A DNA stretch of 40,150 bases, taken from positions 1 to 40,150 of the forward strand of contig CAYSHU010000001.1 in assembly GCA_964430965.1 (NCBI GenBank). Reading direction: 5' to 3'. Positions 17,456-25,845 of this stretch are shown here, piece by piece; position 1 is the first letter of the stretch, and every line of letters begins with the position of its first letter. Origin of the DNA: an uncultured Ruminococcus sp. (GTDB lineage Bacteria > Bacillota > Clostridia > Oscillospirales > Ruminococcaceae). The notes beneath the pieces were generated by a model. That model was not told the DNA's origin. It was given only the letters and a program-made list of their open reading frames with translations, and ran no database searches. The translations under genes were made by a program, and so were the position numbers.

Positions 17456-17698
17456 ATGAATCACGAGGAAATTTGCGCAAAGATCAAGGATATGCTGGTG
17501 GAGAATCTGAGAATTCCCGCGGAGGAGCTTGAGTACACTTCGGAGCTTTTCGGGGACGACATCGGGCTGGATTCTATCGATTCTATCGAGATCATCGCGG
17601 GCATCGACAACCTGTTCGGCGTTCAGATGACGGGCGCGGCGCGCGAGAATTTCCAGACGGTGGAAACGCTCGCGAACTATGTAGAAAATAATCAGTAA
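17456..17698 (+). CDS. Acyl carrier protein
   Basis: 80 aa, acidic, LFGDDIGLDSIDSIEI with phosphopantetheine Ser; AAGGAG RBS. Confidence 0.92.
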   Translation: MNHEEICAKIKDMLVENLRIPAEELEYTSELFGDDIGLDSIDSIEIIAGIDNLFGVQMTGAARENFQTVETLANYVENNQ

Positions 17699-17717
17699 AA
17701 AGCAGTAAGGAGCTAAT

Positions 17718-19985
17718 ATGTCAAAACGTGTTGTTGTTACGGGCTTGGGGCTTATCTGCGCGCTCGGAGAAAACACCGAGCAGTGCTGGAGCGCCGCTGC
17801 AAACGGCGTTACGGGAATTCGCCCTGTAAAGTCCGTCAACGCCGAGGGCTGCTACGCAAATCTCGGCGCGGAGGTCGATACGCCGAACGAGGCGCTCTCG
17901 GGCGAGGACTATGACCGCTCTTCGCTGCTTTGCATTAAGGCTGCGGGAGAGGCTCTCGCGGACAGCGGACTTGCGGTAACTTCCGAAAACTCGGCGAGAA
18001 TCGGCGTTATAATCGGAAACTGCGTCGGCGGCGCGGTGTCTATCGATAAATATTACACCGCGAAGCAAAGCGGAGGCGGAAAAAATACGGACGTGCTGAA
18101 AATGCCCGCGGCGGCTTTGGCGAATAACGTCGCGTTTCATTTCGGGCTGAACGGCACGACCGCGAACATCGTAAACGCCTGCGCGGCGGGGACTATCTCG
18201 CTCGGCTATGCGGCGGACTTGATCCGTTCGGGCAAGGCGGACGCGTTTGTCGCGGGCGGCTCGGACAGCTTCTCGTCGCTGGCGTTCGCGGGATTTCACG
18301 CGCTGCACGCGCTTGACGCGGAAAGCTGCTCGCCGTTCAACCGCTCCAGCGGAATAACGCTCGGCGAGGGCGCGGGTATTCTGATAATCGAGAGCTACGA
18401 GCATGCGAAGGCTCGTGGCGCGAAGATATACTGCGAGGTTCTGGGCAGCGGCGTGTCGTCCGACGCGCACCACATCACCGCCCCCCGCCCCGACGGGCAA
18501 GGGCAGATGCTCGCGATTACGAGAGCTATCGAGAATTCGGGGCTGAAAGCTGCCGATATTGATTATATAAACGCGCACGGCACAGGCACGGCGAAAAATG
18601 ACGAGGCGGAGTTCCTGTCGCTGCACACGCTTTTCGACGACAACGATCACCTTTCCGTAAGCTCCACGAAGTCGATGACGGGGCATTGCCTGGGTGCTGC
18701 GGGCTCTATCGAGGCGGTGTTCACCGTTAAGGCGGTGTGCGAGGGCGTTGTGCCGCCCACTATCGGCTATACCGAAGAAAATCTCCAAACGCTTAAGGAA
18801 AAGGCGGGCAATATCGATTTCGTGCCGAATTCCAAGCGCGTTAAGGATATAAAATACGCGGCAAGCAACTCGTTCGCGTTCGGAGGAAATAACGCTTCTA
18901 TCGTGTTCGCGAAGGAGCCGCACGACATTCCCGACCGCACGAACAACGAGAGGATTTTTATCACCGGCCTGGGCGAGCTTGTAAGCGAGCCGACCGTTGA
19001 GATAAGCGGCGACGATTATAAGGAGCACGGCATAAAAATGGCGTTCTACCGCAAGCTCGACCGCTTCTCGCAGCTTCAGCTTATAAGCGGAATGAACGCG
19101 CTTAAGGACGCGGACATCACGATCTCCGAGGAGAACGAAAGGGACATCGGAATTGTTGTCGGCACCGCGGACGGGCCGCTCACGGAGGTTTACAATTTCC
19201 AGAAAACCGTTTGCGAAAGCGGCACGGCGGCGGGCTCGGCGTTCTCGTTCCCGAACACGGTGTACAACGCCGCGGGCGGATATTTCAGCATTTTTGCGGG
19301 GATAAAGGGCTATAACGTCACGAACGCGAACTCGATACAGGCGGGACTTCAGAGCCTCTGCTACGCCGCGGACGTTATCCGCAACGGCGACGAGAGCATT
19401 ATGATTGCGACGGGTACGGACGAGAACACCGAGGTCACGGGCTATCTCTATGACACGCTTGGGCTTCTTCCGAGCGACGTGCTCGGCGAGGGTTCGGTGT
19501 CTATTGTTCTCGAGAGTGAAACGAGTGCCAACAAGCGCGGCGCGAAGAAGTACGCGGAATTAGTCGGGTGGGCTTCGGCGCATAAGAGCGTGGAGTTCGG
19601 CAAGCTCAAAGGCTCGGAAAGCGCGCTCAAAGAGGCAATTCTCGCGGCTTTGGAAAGCGCTGGGATAGCGCCCGCGGACATTGACGGAGTATTCGGCTTC
19701 GCGAACGGCGTTCCGGCTGTCGACGAGCTGGAGAGAAGCGTTCTGACGGAGGTCTTCGGCAAGGACAGCAAAATCTTTGATGATAATATTATCGAGGTGA
19801 AGGACGACCTCGGCGAAGCGCGCGCGGCGGCGTCCGCGGAGCAGGCCGCGGCGGCGGCGCGGTATCTCGCGCGCGGCTGGCGGGATTTCAAGTATGTTCT
19901 CGCGGTATCGTTCGGCGTCGGCGGGCAGTACTCGGCGGTGGTTTTGAAGGGCGCAGGCGAGCCTAACGGGGTTGCGGTTAGCTGA
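17718..19985 (+). CDS. Fused beta-ketoacyl synthase + catalytically inactive KS (chain-length-factor-like) didomain
   Basis: Domain 1: NACAAG (Cys155), HGTGT (His287), KSMTGH (His323), SFAFGG. Domain 2 from about residue 410: NSIQAG, FANGV, KDDLGE, so the triad is lost. Confidence 0.9.
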   Translation: MSKRVVVTGLGLICALGENTEQCWSAAANGVTGIRPVKSVNAEGCYANLGAEVDTPNEALSGEDYDRSSLLCIKAAGEALADSGLAVTSENSARIGVIIGNCVGGAVSIDKYYTAKQSGGGKNTDVLKMPAAALANNVAFHFGLNGTTANIVNACAAGTISLGYAADLIRSGKADAFVAGGSDSFSSLAFAGFHALHALDAESCSPFNRSSGITLGEGAGILIIESYEHAKARGAKIYCEVLGSGVSSDAHHITAPRPDGQGQMLAITRAIENSGLKAADIDYINAHGTGTAKNDEAEFLSLHTLFDDNDHLSVSSTKSMTGHCLGAAGSIEAVFTVKAVCEGVVPPTIGYTEENLQTLKEKAGNIDFVPNSKRVKDIKYAASNSFAFGGNNASIVFAKEPHDIPDRTNNERIFITGLGELVSEPTVEISGDDYKEHGIKMAFYRKLDRFSQLQLISGMNALKDADITISEENERDIGIVVGTADGPLTEVYNFQKTVCESGTAAGSAFSFPNTVYNAAGGYFSIFAGIKGYNVTNANSIQAGLQSLCYAADVIRNGDESIMIATGTDENTEVTGYLYDTLGLLPSDVLGEGSVSIVLESETSANKRGAKKYAELVGWASAHKSVEFGKLKGSESALKEAILAALESAGIAPADIDGVFGFANGVPAVDELERSVLTEVFGKDSKIFDDNIIEVKDDLGEARAAASAEQAAAAARYLARGWRDFKYVLAVSFGVGGQYSAVVLKGAGEPNGVAVS

Positions 19986-20039
19986 CGGCAGCGCATAAAG
20001 GCGCGTACCGACACACATCAACAAACCCAGCGAAGTGTA

Positions 20040-20173
20040 AAATTTCAAAAAGTGTCATAATTTGGCGCAAGCAAAATTATGACCGGTTCCGTCAGCGGTG
20101 TCGCTCGACACGTAGCGAAGCGGAGTGGCAAGCGATATCGGTGACGGAATTTTGAAATTTAAATTTAAATAAG
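20040..20173. repeat. Structured intergenic element (three-way junction) with partial second copy at 1-64
   Basis: AAATTTCAAAA...TTTTGAAATTT closing stem, GTCATAATTT/AAATTATGAC hairpin, TTCCGTCA/TGACGGAA long stem with GCGAAGC core. Confidence 0.72.
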
Positions 20174-20182
20174 GAGAAGAAT

Positions 20183-20908
20183 ATGGTTGCATTAGTAACA
20201 GGCGCTTCACGCGGCATAGGTCGCGCGTGTGCTCTTAAGCTCGCCGAGGTCGGATATGACGTTGCCGTGAATTATAATTCCAACGAGGCGAAGGCGGCGG
20301 AGGTTGTCGCGGAGATTGAAAAGCTCGGACGAAAAGCCGGTGCGTTCAAGGCTGACACGGCGGACCTGAAGGCGGTTCAGCAGATGTTCCGCGAGGTGCA
20401 GAAGGAGTTCGGGCAATTAGATGTTCTCGTGAACAACGCGGGCGTTGTTGACGACGCGTTTTTGCTGATGATCAACGAGGATTCTCTGTCACGGAGCCTT
20501 GATATAAACATCAAGGGATATTTCCATTGCGCCCAGCAGGCGGCGCTTAAGATGATAAAAAGCGGCGGGAAGATCATCAACGTTTCGTCGGTGAGCTCGA
20601 TTTTAGCCGTTGAGGGGCAGGGTGTTTACGCGGCGACAAAGGGCGCGGTGAATTCGATGACCGCGACGCTCGCAAAGGAGCTCGCGCCGCGCGGAATTAC
20701 CGTAAACGCGGTAGCTCCCGGTTTTATCGAAACGGAAATGATAGACGCTATCCCCGAGGATAAAAAAGAGGCGTACATCAAGCAGATCCCGATGGGGCAT
20801 TTCGGCACGGCGCGGGACGTCGCGGAGGTCGTGGCTTCACTTTGCTCCCCCGCGTTTGATTACGTAACGGGGCAGGTTGTCGTGCTTGACGGAGGGCTTT
20901 CGCTATGA
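20183..20908 (+). CDS. fabG: 3-oxoacyl-ACP reductase (SDR)
   Basis: TGASRGIG, NNAG, YAATK, APGFIETEM motifs. Confidence 0.9.
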   Translation: MVALVTGASRGIGRACALKLAEVGYDVAVNYNSNEAKAAEVVAEIEKLGRKAGAFKADTADLKAVQQMFREVQKEFGQLDVLVNNAGVVDDAFLLMINEDSLSRSLDINIKGYFHCAQQAALKMIKSGGKIINVSSVSSILAVEGQGVYAATKGAVNSMTATLAKELAPRGITVNAVAPGFIETEMIDAIPEDKKEAYIKQIPMGHFGTARDVAEVVASLCSPAFDYVTGQVVVLDGGLSL

Positions 20909-21351
20909 TGAATTTGTTGGAAATCAACAAGCGCATAAAGCAGCGCCCGCCGTTTCAAATGATTGAAAGAGTTCTGGAGTTAGAGCCGAATGTTTCCGCG
21001 GTCGGGATCAAAAATGTGTCGGTAAACGAGCCGTATTTTACGGGGCATTTCCCCGAAACCCCGATAATGCCCGGCGTGCTGCTTATCGAATCGGCGGCGC
21101 AGTTGTGCAGTCTTGTCATCGCGCCCGAGGACGCGGCGGCGGACGAGAAGCTGTATGTGCTGTTAAAGGTCAAGGATTTCAAATTCTTAAAGCCCGTTAT
21201 CCCGGGCGACACACTTACGATAAGCGTAAAATGCACGATGTCAAGCGCCGCGGCGTATGAGTTTTCGGCGGAAATCAAGGTTGACGGCGTAACAAAGGCA
21301 AAGGGAAGTATGCTGTTTACGGCGATTGAGAAAACAGCGGTTTACGAATAA
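20905..21351 (+). CDS. fabZ: 3-hydroxyacyl-ACP dehydratase (FabZ family)
   Basis: NEPYFTGHFP..PIMPGVLLIE, KFLKPVIPGD; ATGA overlap with fabG. Confidence 0.88.
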   Translation: MMNLLEINKRIKQRPPFQMIERVLELEPNVSAVGIKNVSVNEPYFTGHFPETPIMPGVLLIESAAQLCSLVIAPEDAAADEKLYVLLKVKDFKFLKPVIPGDTLTISVKCTMSSAAAYEFSAEIKVDGVTKAKGSMLFTAIEKTAVYE

Positions 21352-21359
21352 TAAAACCC

Positions 21360-21390
21360 GTGTTTTCCCCGCCGGAGGCGGGGAAAACAC
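21360..21390. repeat. REP-like palindrome, copy B
   Basis: GTGTTTTCCCCGCC-GGA-GGCGGGGAAAACAC. Confidence 0.82.
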
Positions 21391-21419
21391 AAAAAGGCAT
21401 ATTTCGAGGAAGATGATTT

Positions 21420-22202
21420 ATGATAGTTGATTTCAGCGCCTCAATAGTGACGGCGGGCGGTTTGAGAAGCCGCGTTGAGGGGCTTCGCGGGCTTTATTCG
21501 GAGCTTTGCGGGCCTTATTTTGACGATATTCTGAGCAAGCGCGGGCGGGCGTTCGCCGATTCGGCGTGCGGATTTTTGCTGCTTGACAGCCTGTTGCAGA
21601 AGCACAAGGTGAGCCGCGACGAGCTCGCGATTACTCTTGAAAAAAACGGCAGACCGCGCACCAACCGCCGCGATTTGGATTTCAGCGTGTCGCACAGCGA
21701 GGGCTGCGCGATGTGCGTTCTGGCCGTAGGCGAGGGCGCGAACGTCGGCGTGGACGTTCAGCGAGAGCGCCCGTATTCTCTCGAAAAAATGACGGAGCTC
21801 GCGCGGACGTTTATGACCGCCGCGGAGCTCGCGGATTTCACCGCGCCGATCTCCCCGAAGCATCCCATTCCGCTAATCGGCTACAACCGCGATATGGACG
21901 AGTATATACGGAAAAGCCGCGAGTTCTACACCGCGTGGACGCGGCGGGAGTCGTACACAAAACGCATCGGCTCGGATATTTTCGATAATTTGAAAACCGC
22001 AAAAATTCAAAGCGAGCATTATCGCGACGGGATAATCACGGCTTGCGGCGAGCGCTATTATTACAGCGTCTGCGCCCCGCGCGAGGCGTTTGAAAATCTC
22101 GAAAACGAAGAAGCCGACGAGCCCGAATTCAATGAGGAAAACTCCGATAATCAAGATGAATTTTTCGATGAGATTGAAAGCGTTGCCGAGGTGAACGAAT
22201 GA
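21420..22202 (+). CDS. Sfp-type 4'-phosphopantetheinyl transferase with acidic tail
   Basis: NGRP, FSVSHS, GVDVQ, WTRRES motifs. Confidence 0.83.
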   Translation: MIVDFSASIVTAGGLRSRVEGLRGLYSELCGPYFDDILSKRGRAFADSACGFLLLDSLLQKHKVSRDELAITLEKNGRPRTNRRDLDFSVSHSEGCAMCVLAVGEGANVGVDVQRERPYSLEKMTELARTFMTAAELADFTAPISPKHPIPLIGYNRDMDEYIRKSREFYTAWTRRESYTKRIGSDIFDNLKTAKIQSEHYRDGIITACGERYYYSVCAPREAFENLENEEADEPEFNEENSDNQDEFFDEIESVAEVNE

Positions 22203-22930
22203 ATATTCTTCTCTTAAACGGCAGCCCGCGCGGCGAGCGGTCAAATACGCTTCAACTCGCGAGAGCGTTTGTCGAGGGCTTTTCGGGAGTAGTTTCAAAC
22301 GCGCAAGTTGAGATAATCCACGTGAACAAGCTCGACATAAAGCCGTGCATGGGCTGCTTTTCGTGCTGGACAAAAACGCCCGGAAGCTGTGTAATCCAAG
22401 ATGATATGCGGGAGCTTTACAAAAAAATCGCAGCGGCGGACGTTCTTGTCGAGAGCTTTCCGCTGTATTTTTTCGGAATTCCGAGCGGCTTTAAGGCGGT
22501 CGTTGACCGCTGTCTGCCGTTTATGAAAACGTATCTCGGCGCGCAGGACACGGACGGGCACTCGTCGTTCCACGAGCTGCGCGACGCGAAAATGTACGAC
22601 AAGAAGCTCGTGCTGATTTCGACGTGCGGATATGTTGATACCGCGCCGATGTACCCCGCGCTCCTGAAGCAGTACGATTTGATTTGCGGCGAGGGGAATT
22701 ACACCGCGATACTCTGCCCCGAGGGCGAGCTGTTCGGCTATGACGGCTTGGCGGACAGGCAAAAGCGCGGGTATCTCACAGATGTAAAAGCTGCGGGCGC
22801 GGAGCTTGCGGAACAGGGAAAGCTCTCCGAGAAAACGCGCGAAAAATTAGCGGGCAGAGTGCTCTCCCCAAGCGGGTTTGAGGCGATAGTTCGCTCGCAC
22901 TGGGGAGGAGAAAACTTCCCGCAAATATAA
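22199..22930 (+). CDS. Flavodoxin family / iron-sulfur flavoprotein (NADPH-dependent FMN reductase fold)
   Basis: NGSPR...SNT, CMGCFSCW...CVIQDDM, PLYFFGIP; ATGA overlap with the PPTase. Confidence 0.87.
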   Translation: MNILLLNGSPRGERSNTLQLARAFVEGFSGVVSNAQVEIIHVNKLDIKPCMGCFSCWTKTPGSCVIQDDMRELYKKIAAADVLVESFPLYFFGIPSGFKAVVDRCLPFMKTYLGAQDTDGHSSFHELRDAKMYDKKLVLISTCGYVDTAPMYPALLKQYDLICGEGNYTAILCPEGELFGYDGLADRQKRGYLTDVKAAGAELAEQGKLSEKTREKLAGRVLSPSGFEAIVRSHWGGENFPQI

Positions 22931-22959
22931 TAAATCCCCCCGCAAAGCGGGGGTTTATT
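22929..22959. terminator. Bidirectional intrinsic terminator
   Basis: CCCCCGC-AAA-GCGGGGG stem with A/T-rich flanks between convergent genes. Confidence 0.75.
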
Positions 22960-22967
22960 GTATGGAT

Positions 22968-23597
22968 TTATTTTTTAGTGCCTTTGCAAAGGGAATTCAA
23001 CGAGCAGTTTTCGCACATCGGCGCACGCGCGCCGCAAACTAATCTTCCGTGCCACACTAACCTATGACAAAGCATTAAACCTTCTTCTGGCGGGATTATT
23101 TCGCGGAGCTGCTTTTCCACCTGCCCCGCGTCCTTGCCCTTTGAGAGCCCTAACCGATTTGTCAGGCGGATCACGTGCGTGTCGCAGACTATGGCGGGCT
23201 TGTCGTACAAATCGCCGACGATAAGGTTCGCGGTTTTTCTGCCGACTCCGGGCAGCTTTACAAGCTCCTCGATCGTGTCGGGCACCTCGCCGCCGTAAAT
23301 ATCCCGCAGCATACGGCACATCTCAACAATATCCTTTGCCTTTGTGTGAAACAGCCCGCAGGATTTTATCAGCTCCTCAACGTCCGAAACGCTCGCCTCG
23401 GCGAAATCGTCAACGCTCTTGAACCTCTCAAACAGCGCGGGCGTTACGAGATTCACGCGCTTGTCCGTGCACTGCGCCGAAAGCCTCACCGCGATAAGCA
23501 GCTCGTGCGGCTTTGTGTAATTCAACGCGCATTTAACGTCCGGGTATTCCTTTTTTAACAGCTCGATTACTTCAAGCGCGCGCTGTTTTTTCGTCAT
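22968..23597 (-). CDS. nth: Endonuclease III
   Basis: LSAQCTDKRVN, HhH LPGVGRKTAN, DTHVIR, C-terminal Cx6Cx2Cx5C. Confidence 0.95.
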   Translation of the reverse strand: MTKKQRALEVIELLKKEYPDVKCALNYTKPHELLIAVRLSAQCTDKRVNLVTPALFERFKSVDDFAEASVSDVEELIKSCGLFHTKAKDIVEMCRMLRDIYGGEVPDTIEELVKLPGVGRKTANLIVGDLYDKPAIVCDTHVIRLTNRLGLSKGKDAGQVEKQLREIIPPEEGLMLCHRLVWHGRLVCGARAPMCENCSLNSLCKGTKK

Positions 23598-23624
23598 TTT
23601 AATCACTCTTTTCATAATTATAAA

Positions 23625-23659
23625 TATCATTTTCCCCGCCTCCGGCGGGGAAAATGATA
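23625..23659. repeat. REP-like palindrome, copy C
   Basis: TATCATTTTCCCCGCC-TCC-GGCGGGGAAAATGATA. Confidence 0.82.
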
Positions 23660-23666
23660 AATGATA

Positions 23667-24590
23667 TTAGTTGTCGTGATTTCTCACGGCGCGGATTTTT
23701 GTTATCGTTCTGTCCTCAACCTGAACAACGACCAGCTTCACGTCCTCATACTCAACGAGCGGCGGCTTTTCGCCGACCTCCTCGGGAATATACCCGAGCT
23801 TATCCGTTACAAAGCCGGAAATCGTCTGATATTCGTGATCCTCGGGGAGCTCGATGTCAAACAGTTCGAAAACGTCCTCGGGGTCCGCCTCGCCGTCAAC
23901 GTCGTAAACGTCGCTGCCGATTTTCGTGATGAGCTGCTTCTCGTCGTCGTACTCGTCCTGGATATTCCCCATAACCGCCTCGATAATATCCTCAAGCGTA
24001 ACTATTCCCGCCGTGCCGCCGTATTCGTCAACGACGACCGCCATACCCGAGCGGAGGGACGTGAGCGTTTTGAAAATATCGGGGCAGGTCTGGCTTTCGG
24101 GGATAAAGCTGACGTCGCGGATATAATCGCGTATCGAAAAATCCCCAAGCTCCTTTTCGCCGACAAGGCAGAGCAGGTCTTTTACGATTACAATGCCGAT
24201 TATCCTGTCTACGCTCTCCTCATACACGGGAATTCGCGAGAAGCCCAAGTCCAGCGCGAGATAAATCAAATCGTCAAGCGTAATTGAGTTTATATCCACG
24301 CCCACGATGTTTGTGCGGTGCGTCATAACGTCCTTTGCTGTAAGGTCGTTGAACTCGAAGATGTTGTTTATCATCTCCGCCGACTGCTCCTCGATGCTGT
24401 CCTCGTCCTCGTCCTTGGCAAGCGCGTCCACGAGGTCGCGCACCTCCTCCTCGGAAACGTCCGCGTAATTCGCCCCGAGCGCCTTTTTCAGGAGCGCCGA
24501 AAGCCCCTTGTTCAGCCAGATAAGCGGCGCGAGCAGCACCCTCGCGACCTTGTGTTCTTTTTCGTTTGTACTTCGACTGCCGTCGTCCAT
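23667..24590 (-). CDS. CBS-pair + CorC/HlyC domain protein (hemolysin/CNNM family, N-terminal membrane domain largely missing)
   Basis: VMTHRT, FSRIPVY, VVVDEYGGTAGIVTLEDIIE, DEYD, TISGFV...LGYIP. Confidence 0.88.
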   Translation of the reverse strand: MDDGSRSTNEKEHKVARVLLAPLIWLNKGLSALLKKALGANYADVSEEEVRDLVDALAKDEDEDSIEEQSAEMINNIFEFNDLTAKDVMTHRTNIVGVDINSITLDDLIYLALDLGFSRIPVYEESVDRIIGIVIVKDLLCLVGEKELGDFSIRDYIRDVSFIPESQTCPDIFKTLTSLRSGMAVVVDEYGGTAGIVTLEDIIEAVMGNIQDEYDDEKQLITKIGSDVYDVDGEADPEDVFELFDIELPEDHEYQTISGFVTDKLGYIPEEVGEKPPLVEYEDVKLVVVQVEDRTITKIRAVRNHDN

Positions 24591-24620
24591 AAAGTCCCCT
24601 CCGGGTTAAGTTTTTAGTAG

Positions 24621-25088
24621 TTAGTTGTTAGTTTTAGGAGTTAAATTAAGCCCCATATTTTCCTTGTTTTCGTCAAATCCGAGCGTCTTGTAAAGCGGTC
24701 TGCCGCTTTCGGTCGCGTCGAGTGAAACATAAGTCACTCCGCGCGCCTTTGCCTCGTCAAGCAGCATATTCATCATCTGCCGCGCGATACCCTGCCGCCG
24801 ATAATCCGCGTTGGTGTAAACGTTCATTATGTGAGCGCGTTTCCCCGTCGGGTGATCGAACGTCGGCATAAGCGTGATGTAGCATATAGTAGCGCACCCA
24901 ATGCAGCGTTCGCCGTCAAAAGCCAACACCGTGGTTTGATCGCCGTTCGTGAAATACTCCGCCGATAACCGCGTGAACTCGCCCTCGAATTCACGTTCGT
25001 CTTTACCGTAGATTACAGCCAGCATCTCGCGGCGCATTTTTAAAACGGTTTCAAGCAAGCCGCTGTCCGCTTTATTATATGTTATCAT
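24621..25088 (-). CDS. GNAT family N-acetyltransferase
   Basis: MNVYT..DYRRQGIA, GRPLYKTLGF. Confidence 0.9.
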   Translation of the reverse strand: MITYNKADSGLLETVLKMRREMLAVIYGKDEREFEGEFTRLSAEYFTNGDQTTVLAFDGERCIGCATICYITLMPTFDHPTGKRAHIMNVYTNADYRRQGIARQMMNMLLDEAKARGVTYVSLDATESGRPLYKTLGFDENKENMGLNLTPKTNN

Positions 25089-25845
25089 TAAAAAACAACC
25101 TCTCCGCGTTTTCCCTTGTTATCTTAATAATTTCCTCGACGGAAACTCCCTTAATCTCCGCCATTTTTTCGGCGGTGAATTTCAAAAGCGAGCTGTCGCA
25201 GCGTTCTCCTCTATGCGGAACGGGCGCCATATACGGGCAGTCCGTTTCGAGAAGCAGCCTGTCAAGCGGCACCGCCTCGCACGCCGCCCACGCCTTTTTG
25301 GAATTCTTGAACGTCAGCACACCCGTAAACCCGACATACAGCCCGAGCCTCACGACCTCGAGAGCGCTCTCGGCGCTGCCCGAGAAGCAATGCATAACGC
25401 CGCGCGGCTTGTACCTGCGGAGAATTTCCAGCGTTTCGCCCATTGCGTCCCGCGAGTGAATAACCACGGGCAAGTCAAGCTCCCGCGCGATTTCGAGCTG
25501 CTTTATGAAAACCTCGCGCTGAAGCTCCCTAGGCGCGCCGTCCTCATAATGATAATCAAGCCCGATCTCCCCCAGCGCAACGACCTTATCACGCTTCAGA
25601 AGCCCGCTCAGCTCGCTCTCCCAGTTCTCGGGGAGCTCCGAAACGTGCTCCGGGTGAATTCCCGCCGCGGCGTAGATATAATCAAACCGTTCGGCGAGCG
25701 AAATTTCCTCTAAGGAGCTTTCAAGCTCAACTCCGATTGCGAGCACGCGCTCGATATTTTTGCTTGGCAAATCGGCGAGAAGCGTATCCAACTCCTCGCC
25801 GAAATCCGATCTCATATAGTGCGCGTGAGTGTCGAAAATCCCCAT
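25075..25845 (-). CDS. tatD: TatD family nuclease
   Basis: DTHAH, GIHP, GEIGLDY, HSRDA, HCFSG, ETDCPY. Confidence 0.94.
   Translation of the reverse strand: MGIFDTHAHYMRSDFGEELDTLLADLPSKNIERVLAIGVELESSLEEISLAERFDYIYAAAGIHPEHVSELPENWESELSGLLKRDKVVALGEIGLDYHYEDGAPRELQREVFIKQLEIARELDLPVVIHSRDAMGETLEILRRYKPRGVMHCFSGSAESALEVVRLGLYVGFTGVLTFKNSKKAWAACEAVPLDRLLLETDCPYMAPVPHRGERCDSSLLKFTAEKMAEIKGVSVEEIIKITRENAERLFFNDNI

Noticed and set aside
17721-19028. 435-aa minus-strand ORF
   Set aside because: Antisense shadow of the ketosynthase
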